Assembly (NCBI GenBank): GCA_028023455.1
Contig: JAQFVV010000003.1
Location: 27,466,001-27,530,000, forward strand
Length of the DNA: 64,000 bases
Source of the DNA: Epiperipatus broadwayi
Lineage: Eukaryota > Animalia > Onychophora
Direction of reading: 5' to 3'
This document shows positions 42,550 through 54,888 of this stretch, piece after piece; within the stretch, counting starts at the first letter, position 1, and each line of letters starts with the position of its first letter. A program made the translations under genes and the position numbers. Below the pieces are notes generated by a model that was given only the letters and a program-made list of their open reading frames with translations, was not told where the DNA came from and did not search any database.

Positions 42550-43330
42550 TAATATAAGAATAAATTATGTGGATCAAACAAAAAATTCATTATACTAAAG
42601 TCTAGTACAACATAAATATGATAGAAATTCACCAATATATTTACATACATTAGAAATAGGACATAAATTTGAAAAAGATTGTATAAAAATTATAAGTAAT
42701 AGGATAGAAAAATAAAAGAGGTTATTCTTATTAATAATATTAGACCAGTATTAAATAGAGATTTGAATTTAAAAAAGATTTTTACTATAAATAAAAGTAA
42801 TATTAAAAGGAAGTTAGAATAAAGATAAATATGAATTTAGTTTGTAAAAAAAATGTAAAGGGGGAGCCACTAGAAATTAGAAAGGGCAACAGGTTTTTTA
42901 GCAACTAAAGAATATACATGTAAATGGAAAAATATGGGTGATTTAGTCTGTAAATTATGTAAGGAAGGAATAGAAAATATTAGGCATTTGTTAATTGAAT
43001 GTAAATGCTTAAAAACAGAAAGGGCACATATAATGAAGTTATGGAAAAATAAATCGAAAAAAGTGATTATACAGAAAGTGGATTATTGGTTTCTATGCTG
43101 GGTTTGGGAAAAGATAAGGAGGATTTAGATATAAAGGTCATAGAGTTGTCAAAGATTATGTTATGGAAATGGGATGGAGCAGAATATGGGAAAACAGACT
43201 GGGGAATGTAAAATAAAGTAGCTAACAGGTTCTCTGGTCATAATTGCTGAGAGATTCTTAATTTATTTAAGAAGCTACAGTACATCACATCATCACATGA
43301 AATTTAAACTGGACAGTTGGATTAATTTAG
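42550..43330 (+). mobile_element. Degraded LINE 3' fragment with zf-RVT knuckle
   Basis: ORF 42934-43128 contains CKLCKEGIENIRHLLIEC; surrounding frames are broken. Confidence 0.65.
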
Positions 43331-43720
43331 GAGGAAAAGGTGAGTATAAAATATAATAAAAATACGTTAAAAATAATTAAAATAAAAGAAATTAAGATTA
43401 TGAATGTAGATTAGGAATAAATATTAGGTGGGGATATTAATAAAAATAGAAAATATAAAAAGATGAATAATATATGTTAGATGTATAAGTTAAAGTTAGG
43501 ATGTATATTTTAAATATGTTAGAGTAAAAAATGATTATGTTAAAAATAAAAATTATATTAGAATTAAAAGTGAATTAAAAAATAATAAATAAAATTATAA
43601 AATGCTTATAACCGATAAAAAAAAAGAATTAAAATAATATAAATGTAAAAATGATTGAAGTGATTAAGGATATTTATGTAGGTGTATATATATAAGGGAA
43701 TATTAAAAAAAACGTAGGAT

Positions 43721-44250
43721 CAGAGCCAATCAGAGGAGGCAGCTGCCCGAGCCTCGCAATATTAGGGGCCTCAACTTGGCAACTCAATATGTTAAAAAAA
43801 TATATAGAAGGCAAAACAATATCGCAGCTCATAGAATCGCCTTAATTTTACAGTTAAATTTCCCCAAAAAACTTCAAGAAAAATTTTTCCAAGCAGGAAT
43901 ACCATGAGTCAAAAACAAGTGAGTTTAGGGATGAGGTGCCAATTTGACAACTGTGCAACGAAAGTGACTGCAGTGATCACCAGAACTAATAGTCTCAGCT
44001 CCCTGTCAGTCAATTCTGTGCTAACAATGGTTTACAATACAGTGCTAGAGAGAATCTATCCTATCCAAGTGCTATCTGGATCTGATTGGTTTTCTCATTT
44101 CTGAAACTTGTAACTAACTGCTCCCAGTCCTGTTTTCGGCCCTGTAAGTAAAAACTCATTTCTTTTCTCTCCCCACATTCTTATTTAAAATTTTGAAGGG
44201 CCTCTAAAATATTTGTTGCCCCAGGCCTCACATTTTTTCTGAAAGGCCTG
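43721..44250. mobile_element. Non-autonomous hAT-type MITE
   Basis: CAGAGCC...GGCCTG termini; 8-bp TSD cgtaggat / tgtaggat (one CpG-type change). Confidence 0.7.
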
Positions 44251-44559
44251 TGTAGGATATATAAGTATGTTGATTAAAAGGAAGAATTTATAATATGTAT
44301 ATGTAGAAATTGTATGTTTATGTATAAATATTCATGTATTTATATTTGTTTATTATAGATCTGAAGAAGACTGCTGGAACAATCGAAACCATTATGATAG
44401 TAAAATAAATGTATAATTCATTCTAAAAAAGTGAATGATATTAATATTGGGTTACATTAAAAAAATTTAAAACATCATGGTTAATATTTTTTCTTTATTA
44501 TCTGTTGTTTGGCATTATTTCATAAAAATGTGCTTGATCTACGATTTGGCTAACATTCA

Positions 44560-45720
44560 CATTTTTATCTTTGTATCTTCAACAGTTATTAACTGCAAGT
44601 CTTCATTTGAATCATCTACGTCAACTTCCAACATTTATAATTATTCTTGTCTGTAATATCACAATCCTCTTTTGAGGCTATTCTCTGGAGTTCAGCATCA
44701 TTATTGGATTGACCTTTTAATATCATTTCAAGATCTTCACTAGTGATTTCTGATAAAGTTTGAACTGGCAGGTATGCTTTTCAACCTATTCTAGATTTAC
44801 AACCAAACGTAGCCTTGCAGGGATTATGGTCTATTCCAGATATGATGGGTTCAATTTATCATAAATTGAATGAACCATTTAGTTGTATTGTTTGTTTCAA
44901 GTTAGGTGGATAACATATTTTCAATGTCTTGATTTGCTCTTTCAACTGAGCCTTGTAATGCTTTAGGTCTCAGTTTTCCTTGAATGATTTTAAGTTTATC
45001 CCACATTCTGTAGACTCCAATAATTCTGTTCGCAAATTCTTGGCCATTGTCACTTTGCAAGATGCATGGTGCTATGAATATTATAAATATATCCAATAAT
45101 TGATAAGCAACTCCTTTGCACATTTTGTTTTTAAAGTTCTTAGTTAAAAAATTTCATAAGATGGTCTTGGTAAACCGTTATAAATTTATAATCGCCATCC
45201 GCTTATGACTGCAGGTCTATCAGATCAACTTGACATCTCAAATTGAGTTGGCTGCTTTTAATTGGTTTCACAATGAGTCCGTTTTTTGGAATGCTTGTGG
45301 TCTTTTGATGGGATTCACAAAGATTTAAATATAGCATAACAATTTCTACTATGTCCTACTTTGCCTTAAGTTCTTTCATCATCCTGCATAACCAATTGCA
45401 ATATGAATATCATGAATTAATAGAAAATTCTCTTTAAAAAAACTGTAATACATAATTGGTTCTTTTTTTATTTTTAACTGGTACAATGAGTTTTTCAACA
45501 CTCCAATTTTTATAATATTGTATTTTGATAGCTGCTGGTATTCTGCATGTGATTTTCCAGACATCTCTTTGTTTTCTTTAACTTACAGCAAAAATGAATA
45601 ATACTGTTCTCTTGTAAATAACTGATTTTTTTCTTTTTTTAATTTCAAATTATTCATTTGATCATTAAATCATTGCTGTCTAAATCCTCCATTATGCTTA
45701 TGGATAACGTAAAATTAATA
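44560..45720 (-). mobile_element. Decayed Ginger2/KRBA2-SCAND3-type DDE integrase transposon
   Basis: Fragments RCQVDLIDLQS, YQDHL, VAYQLLDIF...ILQSDNGQEF...QGSVERANQDIENML, IHDIHIAIG; frameshifts and stops present. Confidence 0.8.
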
Positions 45721-46144
45721 AAAACATAAAATGCTAGTCACACTAATAATAGATGTCAATAGAAAACAATCTTCCAATAGCAGTTATCATCGCTAAGCAA
45801 ATGGTTAGCTAGAACATAATAATGATTTGACTCCTTTCCGCTGTAATACAGAGAAGCTTCAAATCTAATGTATTGAAATTTATTATATTTACAGTTGTTA
45901 GTCGCAAAGCTAATGTATTGAAATTATTAAATTTACAGTTAATAGTTGCAAACCTTTAAAATTAATCATTTTGACCGTCTTATTTGGTTATTATTATTAA
46001 TATAACCGATAATTATTAATACAGACTAATCACTTCAATAGTGACATATACTTCATTACATATGTATGTAATATTAAATATTTTAAGTCTATGTTATGTG
46101 ATGTATTGTGGAATATCTTGGCAATTATGCCCAGATAAACCTGT

Positions 46145-46722
46145 TAGCTGCCATATTTAATAACTTTTTACAGTAAAAAAAATTGACCAAATTCTTCTGT
46201 ATTTTAGATCTTTTTATTTAGCATTATCAAAAACAATAGCGGTCAAAGAGTAAACTTAAACCAACCTATATATTTTAGTAAATTGATTTTTAAATAACTA
46301 ATATTAAATTTATGGAGCAGAGATATCTCACTCATTTCTAAAATTCTATAATAAATAAAGACATCATATATCTAATTAACATTGAATAAATATAATATGT
46401 GAAACTTACCAAATCTATTTTAAATAATAACTGAACTGCAGGTAGTTGCCATGTTCAATAATTTTTTACAGCAAGAAAATGGACCACTTCTTACCATATT
46501 TTATGACATGTTTATTATATAATTTTAGAAATGAATGAGACATCTCTGCTCTATAAATTTAATATCATTTACCTAAAAATCAATTTACGTTAAAATATAT
46601 AGGCTGATTTAAGTTTGCTCTCTGGCTGATATTGTTATTGATAATTCTAAATAAAAAGATCGAAAATACGGTGAGAAATGGTTCATTTTCTTCCTGTAAA
46701 AGGTTATTGAACATGGTAACTA
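46145..46722. repeat. Large foldback element (~225-bp arms) with an internal direct copy of its terminus at 46443-46500
   Basis: 46145-46370 is the near reverse complement of 46501-46722; termini TAG(C/T)TGCCAT...ATGGTAACTA. Confidence 0.75.
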
Positions 46723-47559
46723 GAGGACAATTCAATTATTTAAGAGACTTGATAAATTTCATATGATGTTATATATATATGTGCATGTGTGTTTTGATAT
46801 ATGTATATGCATTAAAAATGCATAATTCATAGGATTTGCTTTCTTTCCAAACAAATATTTGGAATCAAATATGAATATGGGAGGAGGGACCACTATAACT
46901 GTCACTATTAAATAAAATAATTTTATCTTTAAATAGCATAAGAAATATGTATGTTTTTGCTTGAAATAGATAAATTAGATAAAACATTTTTATAATTATA
47001 CATATAAAAAGACTTCCACTTGACAATATAATAATAAAAAAGTAGGTCATTTGCTATAAAAGCTACTGACAGCTTCTTCAGTGTGTTAAAGCGCTTATAT
47101 ATACTATAAAAGCTTTTATTATTTAAACGATTGGATGGAATGCTATACATACATAAAAGCAAAGATGATTAGATTCTTCATAGCTTATGTTTATGCTAAA
47201 TGGTCTTGACTCTCAAAGCATCACTGAATATGGATACTACAAATAAAAAAATACTTATAAATTATTAGTGGTAATTTGCTATTGCTTTCTGCCTAACAAT
47301 TACAATTGTAGTCTATTTACTATTTTCTTCATCTTTTCAAAATGATCCAGACATAATATATATAAAAATGCATATTTCATTTTTTAAAATCTTGTTTATC
47401 ACAACTTATTAATATCCATCGTTTTCTTATGTTTCAACTACCTCATATAATCTTTATTATACATATATTATAATTAAAATTACCCTATATTCAAAATAAT
47501 ATTTATTTTTATAAAGCGCAAACAGTATTGAAATTAAATTGAGATACTATCCAAAGAAA

Positions 47560-48400
47560 AATCATTAGTTCCACTACTGAAAGCAGACTTCTCAATGCAA
47601 AGGACTAAAACTTACCAACAAATATATACTATTACCCAAAATTCCCAATTATATCCCACACACCTTTAATATTAAAAGAACTGTTAAACAAGTTAATTGT
47701 ATTAGAATCATAGATTTTTAATAATCAATATTCTTTATTTCATTTCTTGCAAAAAACCACGATAACCTCATTAAAATTAATAGTGTGACCAAATATTTCT
47801 TTCATGTAAATATATATAAAGCAGAACTAAGATATTTATTTGTAATTACTTTTATTTTTTCATATAAATTGAAACAACTCTGGCCTATATATAACTTCTT
47901 ACAATAACAAGGGGTAATATACACTTCTCCAGGAATAGTCTTCCTATCAAAAATTTGTTTTGTGTTATTTAATAAATTACTCAAAGTAATATCCTTTTCC
48001 AAGCAATTTTATTTCAAAGTAAATTAATACTGTTTTTTACATTTCTATAAGAAAACATTTAAAAGACAAAGAAATAAAATGCTTTTGTTTATCCTTCATA
48101 TTATTACAATTATTAACAACATAATTACTATTAAATAAAATTCTTTTAACAAAGAGTAGCCAACATTCAGATAATCATAAAATTGATCTTTTTGAAACAA
48201 AGTTATCAGAATTTTAATCTCATTTCTATACCAATAATTTCTTAAAGCAGCCACATTACAGATACAGATTGATAGCTATCAGGTTTAATTATAGATCTTA
48301 AATCCTTACTCTTAACAAAATGACTACATACCAAACAATTATTCTTTACATTTTTTATCACCAATAAATTTTAATGTAACAAAATCTAACCTTCCTCCTT
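47560..48400 (-). mobile_element. Degraded Penelope-like element, GIY-YIG endonuclease region
   Basis: ORF 47802-48002, PGEVYITPCYCKKLYIGQSCFNLYEKIK, fits the PLE pattern GVY.IPC.C...YIGQT...L..RI; degenerate hammerhead-like motif downstream. Confidence 0.7.
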
Positions 48401-49594
48401 CAACAACATATATATATATATTTGAAAGGATATGTATTTAAAATATTCTCAGTAATTTATTCATTGTTTGGAAATCAGCAAATTTTATAAGAATAGAGGA
48501 ATTTGCCTCTAGCTGTACTATTTTCAATATTTTTTCCTGAATTATACTTTTATGATGTTTTTTTTTTTTATCACATTTATATTCTTCATTAAAATGATAT
48601 TTATTCATTTGTTAAAAGCATGCATCAGGGAATTTCAGTTTTATAATAACTTCTCGTCTGAATAATATCTATACTTGTAGCACAGTATTTCAGAATAAAT
48701 TTACTCTTAAAATTTAATTTATATTAAATATATATTTCAGATATGAAGCAGCAGAGATGATGCAATAAAAAAATTGACTTCTGTATTAAATAAAGTGAAT
48801 TGATTTTTTTAACAGTTTTGATAGCTTCATAGTAGACATATTTTTACATAAAAAGTTATATGTGTATATATTCAGAAAATATACAGTTAACTTATATATT
48901 TTAATTGGTAACTGCTGCATTACTTAATTTTATATTTTTAATCAGCTAGTTTTAAAATATAGATACAAAGTATTCAAGAGTTTGGCCCCATAATATATTT
49001 ATTTTATAAATTAAATGTTAGATTTGACAGATATATCTTTTAGCCACTTAGTTCACCTCTATACCGACAAATATGAGTACCTCCTATTTCTTTGAAATGA
49101 TCAAACAATATTATTCTATAATCAATTAAAGCCAGGTTTTATATTAAACTCTTCAAACACTTATCTGACTGGAGTCAGACATTAAAGTGTAAAAAATATT
49201 GTAAATAAATTATGAAGCTTGATTTTGTATTTTACATACATAATGTTTTTAATTATGATAAACTAAGCATGGTAGAATGCCAATTATGTCCTGGTAATTG
49301 AGATATTTTCCTGGTTTCAATTAATAAATTAAAACACTTCAAAAATTATTGAATATAATTTTTCAAAAAAAAAAAATACATATTGTATATAAAAAAAATA
49401 TTTTTAGCATTTTTTTTCTTTATTTGCATTGAATATCATAGTATTGTGGCATTTTAAAAATATGATTTCACATTTAACTATTTTTTCTCTTAAATTTTTT
49501 GAATAACTAGCAATCTTTTTCAAAGTTCTAATGATTGTATTATTTTTTTCATAATGTACAATTTTGTAATAATATTCTTAAAAAAATGTTTTAT

Positions 49595-49664
49595 GGTACT
49601 GATACATTTGCGGCACCCAACGCAATGCCATCAAGCGGTTCGGTGCCACAAATGTACCAGTACC
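49595..49664. repeat. 70-nt hairpin with 23-bp arms
   Basis: ggtactgatacatttgcggcacc / ggtgccacaaatgtaccagtacc. Confidence 0.8.
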
Positions 49665-50568
49665 GTTTTGCCTATGGAAATAGAAAATATCTTAATTATA
49701 AAAATGCTCTTTTCTATATATAATTGCACACACACTAATTCACTTTTAATAGCTATTTTAATTATTAAATTATATGATATAAGCATTTAAAATTTATTCT
49801 TTATAATATAATTTGAATTTAATGGTAATGGAAATTAACATGTTAAATCTATGTGCATGCATATATATATTCAGATATTTTATATTTTAGTAGTCATATT
49901 TAATATTGAAGAGAAAAATAATTTAAAAAGGCATTGAAAATTATACTATGAAATTTATTTTTAATCAACTTAATAATAAATACTCTTTCATCAAAAGTAA
50001 AAATTAATCATCTGATATAATTTGTCAATATTTTATTATATTAATCAGTTACTATACTGTAGTTGTAAAATTTTAATTTTTATAGCAAAGTATTGAAAAT
50101 CTACTAACTTTTATGGTGCAAAATATTGTTTGATGTTATATAGTTTTAGTATGCTACCTCTCCCTTAAGTGATTAGTAATATTGTTTATTTGCAATTATA
50201 TAAATTATAATATAGTAGCAATCCCAGCTACTTAAATGATATATTATAGCAACCAATATTTTACTTTCTTTTCTGTAATCAATTCAATACAACTTTTGCT
50301 GTAGAATTTCAACATTTTGCATTTTTGATTCTCATGCTGTAGTAATTAACACATTCTTCCATCATGCTATTAATGTGGGAATTGAATCAAGGACAATCGA
50401 ACTTTGGAAATTTCTTCACTTCGTAAGTAAATACAAGATTTTTTCTCCATGTAATTTGCCTATTTGGCTAAAGGATAAAGATCTTAGATTAATCTCGGTT
50501 GATCAGATGAATATCAATGCACTGATTATAAAAATAAAACTACAATTAATAGTCTGTTTACTATTTTC

Positions 50569-52260
50569 GGTTGTTTTCTCATCCCTGGTGTTCGCCACGG
50601 GATGGCGTTGATGCTAATCAAAAACATATACATATAACAATTCTGGGCCAGACCTAAATGATCGATTTGATATAAAAAGATCTGATTTTTTAGATTTGTA
50701 ATAAAATATTCTACTAACTAATACTATTATATGATGTTAGTTTTTTCATTTTTGTAAATGTTTATTAATCTTATCTTGTTTTTGAGTTTGTGTGTGTGTG
50801 TCTTTAAAGTTACGGTGTTTTTCTAATTTTTTTTGGACTTTACGTGTGTCTTTTTAAAGTTACGGTCTTTTTTTTGCAAGAGTAAATCAATAATTTTATT
50901 CAAAAGCAAGACATAATAAGTAAATGTTTATTAATCTTATCTTGTTTTTGAGTTTGTATGTGTGTCTTTAAAGTTATGGGGCTTTTTTTCATTTTTTTTG
51001 GACTTTATGTGTGTCTTTTTTTAAAATTACAGTATTTTTGGTCAAGAGTAAATCAATCATTTTATTAAAAAAGCAAGACATAATTCTAAATCTATCAAAA
51101 GTAACGTAATTTATATACTACAATTTAGAATTGATACCTGACTACTATTAGTAAGGATCTGTCATTGAAAGACTCAATTGAAAAATGATACCCGACTAAT
51201 TCCCGTTTTCTTTTTTTTGGGGACAGTAATGAATCAGAAAGTGGGTTTTTGTTAAGTCTGTCTATATAAAAAGGGTACCGTTATTGAAATACTAAATTTA
51301 AGAATGATAGCTGACTAATTTGCGTTTCTTTTGACAGTAATTAATCAGAAAGTGGGTTTCTTTTTTTTTTTTTTTTGGTAAATCTTGTGTATATATATAT
51401 ATATATAAAAACGTAATTCAAATACTCCATTGAAAAAATCAAACCCCGTTGAATTTGCTTTTTTTTTTTTTTTTAAGACAGTAATTAATCAGGAACTGGG
51501 TTGTTTTTGTTAGTGTGTAGATATAAAACCCAATCTTATTTTGAAATAATAAATGTCAAAAAAAAATAATAATAATACCCGACTAATTTTCTTTTTCGGA
51601 CAAGTAATTCCTAATAATTAGGCACTGGGTTGTTTCTGTTTGTGCATATATATATATATAGCAAAAGTAACTGGTCTTGGACGAATTCTCGCAAAAACAG
51701 TACTTTTCACATGACCCTTCAAATTTTTTCCATTCCGCAGCCTTAAAAGCAATTTTTGAGGGTTACCCCATCGTAATGGAATCTTCAGGACATTATTACT
51801 AAACTTACAACAGTAAAGTAAGTTACAACACATTAAAAAAAATAGACATCTTATCAAATTTTAAAAAACTACGACTGCTTCAAATACACACACTCTCACA
51901 CGAAACTACAGAGAAAATAGATATTCTACTATCACAAGAAAATGTTGACCAAAACTAACTACTACGGCAGCCAATCAAGGCATTTCTTTCTCTTTGCTTT
52001 TATTAGCATAGAAAAAAAAAGCCATAACCGGCAGCCGTCGGGAACTCTTTCTGTGTTTTATCATAGAAAGAAGTCTCTTTGGGTTGGCTTCTGTCGCCGC
52101 CACTGCCTCCGTCCAACATAACGTGACGACTCTTTTCTGCGTTTAGAATGTAGAAAAATTCCTCTTTTGTTGGGTGAATGCCAGTGAAACGGTATATTTA
52201 TAGGAATTGACCTAGAAATAACGACATCTCGAGGCGAATACCAGGGATGAGAAAACAACC
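50569..52260. mobile_element. Non-autonomous TIR element, Merlin-like (GG termini, 8-bp TSD, internal tandem repeats)
   Basis: ~41-bp TIR GGTTGTTTTCTCATCCCTGGT...; perfect TSD CTATTTTC (50561-50568 and 52261-52268); internal ~166-bp x2 and ~120-bp x4-5 repeats; no ORF. Confidence 0.75.
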
Positions 52261-52297
52261 CTATTTTCACTACTAATACATTCCTATGGATGCCAAG

Positions 52298-54888
52298 TAG
52301 GGATTGTTTTTTTCCTGATTTCAGTAATCCCAGGATTCCAGGATAAAAAAATGTTCTTTTCCCAGGATTATTGTAGGTGGAATTAAAACTGAAAATTTCA
52401 CAGCATTTTATTCATTTATATATATAAGCTACAAATTGAAATAATTCAAAACTCTTCAGAAATTAACATTTTCTTTTCTAGTGACTATATTGTTTAAAAA
52501 AAATTTGTTTCATGTCATTTTATTTTGAGATTGATTTGGCAATTGACATGTAATATGAACATAAGAAACACAGACAGTTTACATTTTTATTGCTGTATCT
52601 AGTTTTAAGTTTGATTATAAATAGTCCTGCAGCCAAAAAGGACCTTTCAGCTTCTACACTTGTTAGTTGTTTGGATTCGAGAGTGTCCATTAATTTTATT
52701 ACATTTGTTATTTTTTCACCAGTTGCCTCAAAGATTTCAAACACACTGGATATATTTTTTGCAAGTGATTGATCTTTCAGGTTCATGTTGAAGGGCTTTA
52801 GAAACGCATTCAGTTTGTTTTTTGATTTGATGCGCCAATTTTTCAGAAAGTGATTGCTCTCTTTCACTCTCAGTGTCACTTCCTTGGAGTCAGAATGTGT
52901 GATGAATTAAATTGCTATGCTTCAGAAAAGGAAAATCCAAGACAAGTTATTCATTTTGCTATAACCAATAAGGTTGACTTGCTTGGAAATGGTTGCAACT
53001 GTTTCTACTATTTTTCTATTTTTTTTATAATATGTTTTCCCAGTTTTTATATACTTCAATAATCCAACCAGAGCTTTTTGCCTTCTCTCATTTATTTTTA
53101 AAATTAATGTTTCCTGAATTTTTCTCAGAAAGTTCTTATATGATGAAAGAAATGTACCCTCTGCAGTAAGAAGTGTCGCATTATGACTGTAAAGGTTTTG
53201 CGATCTGAATTTGATGGGTTTCAATGCCCGCACAAGGTCATTAAGAATACTCTGCTTCACACATTGGATTTTTTATATTATAGTTAATTATTGTTTTTTT
53301 TTTTCCAATTTGTAATTTTAACTGTAAAAATCATTCTAACATGCCTACCAAACTGTTCCATATCGAGTACTAGGCGTAAACTTTCTTGCTTCAATGAAGA
53401 TTTAACATAATTCTTAAGAGTATCATTTTTCAGGAGAGACTTTCAAACCATATGTACAATCGTTATAACTTTATTAATGATTTTAGCTATGTTTAATGCA
53501 CCAGAGAATAGGTCATTTCTGATATTACATTTTTATTCCTTATAAAGAATTATTTTCGATACTTAGATTTGAATTGTAATTTTGCATTTCATCCTCTTCT
53601 AAATCTTCCTTGCTGTTTTCAGTTGTTTCTACCTCAATTACATCTTCAGAATCATTTTTCTCTTGTATAGAATGCCGAATATTGCAAGGTGTATACCATG
53701 GGTATAGCAAAGCTGATGTTCATAATTTATTCACTGTCCAAATTTTACCATAACCCTTGCCTCATCCATTACGCATGCAACTATATGATGCTGTTGATAA
53801 TTTAAACTCCAATAACTTCAGTTTTACTTTTTCAATCATTTTTTCAGCATTTATTCTACCATTAATAGCAATCATTCCTAGATTCCAAAATTTGTATTTA
53901 TCTTGATGAACATTGACATTTAAATGTTTGTTTTTAAGTGACAAATATTCATCTAAAGAAATGCTAAATGTCTTACCATTTTTTAAAGATTGTTCAATTT
54001 GTTTTATTATATTTTATAATATACTGTTTATATACTAACTGTATAACATGATTGGGATTTTTAGGAAGAAGCAAACCTTTTTCACTGAATACTTGCTGAA
54101 TAAATTCATTTTTACATATGGCACTAATAGGAAATCCATCTACAACTATAAGCTTTGTAATGTTTTTTCTTTTGTGCCTTTCTTTAAAAAACTAAACAAT
54201 GTTGTCTGAGAATGAACACTTTTTAAACATTTCGAAGAGCTTTCTACAGATTCATCTCATGCAGAATGTTGGCGGTTACAATCATTTGCTGACATAGGCT
54301 TCTCTATAGAATGATTAGTTTTTAAATGCCGAAGCCAGCTACTTGTAGAAAAACCTCTACATTTGAGCATTGCACCATAATGACTATACTTTGCTTCTTC
54401 ATTATTATTATATTTAATGAAGTATTGCTAAACGAATGTTTTTGGTCTGTTTATCATCACAAAATAGTTAAATTTTAAAATGTATGGAAAGCTGTTTAAC
54501 TGCAAAAGTATCTTTCAAGGAAAAATGGCATGTATAATCATGAATGTGTACAAGAACTCGAGTTGACTCAGTTGAGAGGAATTGTGACTCAAGAAATAAT
54601 GACTATGACATTACAGAGATATGTAAGAAAGGGTTTGCCTTTCGTTTTCTGTTACATATATATTGCAAATGAAATGTATGAAAATTAATATTTTTGTAAG
54701 TTAAAGTAATACACATCTTTATTGCTGACGATCTCAAATTATGAAAAAACTATTTATCTTGCCAATGCACGATATTCACATATAAAAATATAATGTGAGT
54801 GTAAGACTATAAGTATTGATTATTGAAGTTAATAATTCAGACCGGGAAAATCAAACGGGATTCCAGGGCCCTGGGGAAACATTTCCTA
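52298..54888 (-). mobile_element. Near full-length decayed hAT transposon
   Basis: TAGGGATTG...CATTTCCTA termini; perfect TSD ATGCCAAG (52290-52297 and 54889-54896); minus-strand fragments including a BED-like WLRHLKTNH and the dimerisation-domain LTSVEAERSFLAAGLF. Confidence 0.88.

Noticed and set aside
51130-51610. CRISPR-like repeat array
   Set aside because: Degenerate full-unit tandem repeats without unique spacers, inside a eukaryotic TIR element; no cas genes.
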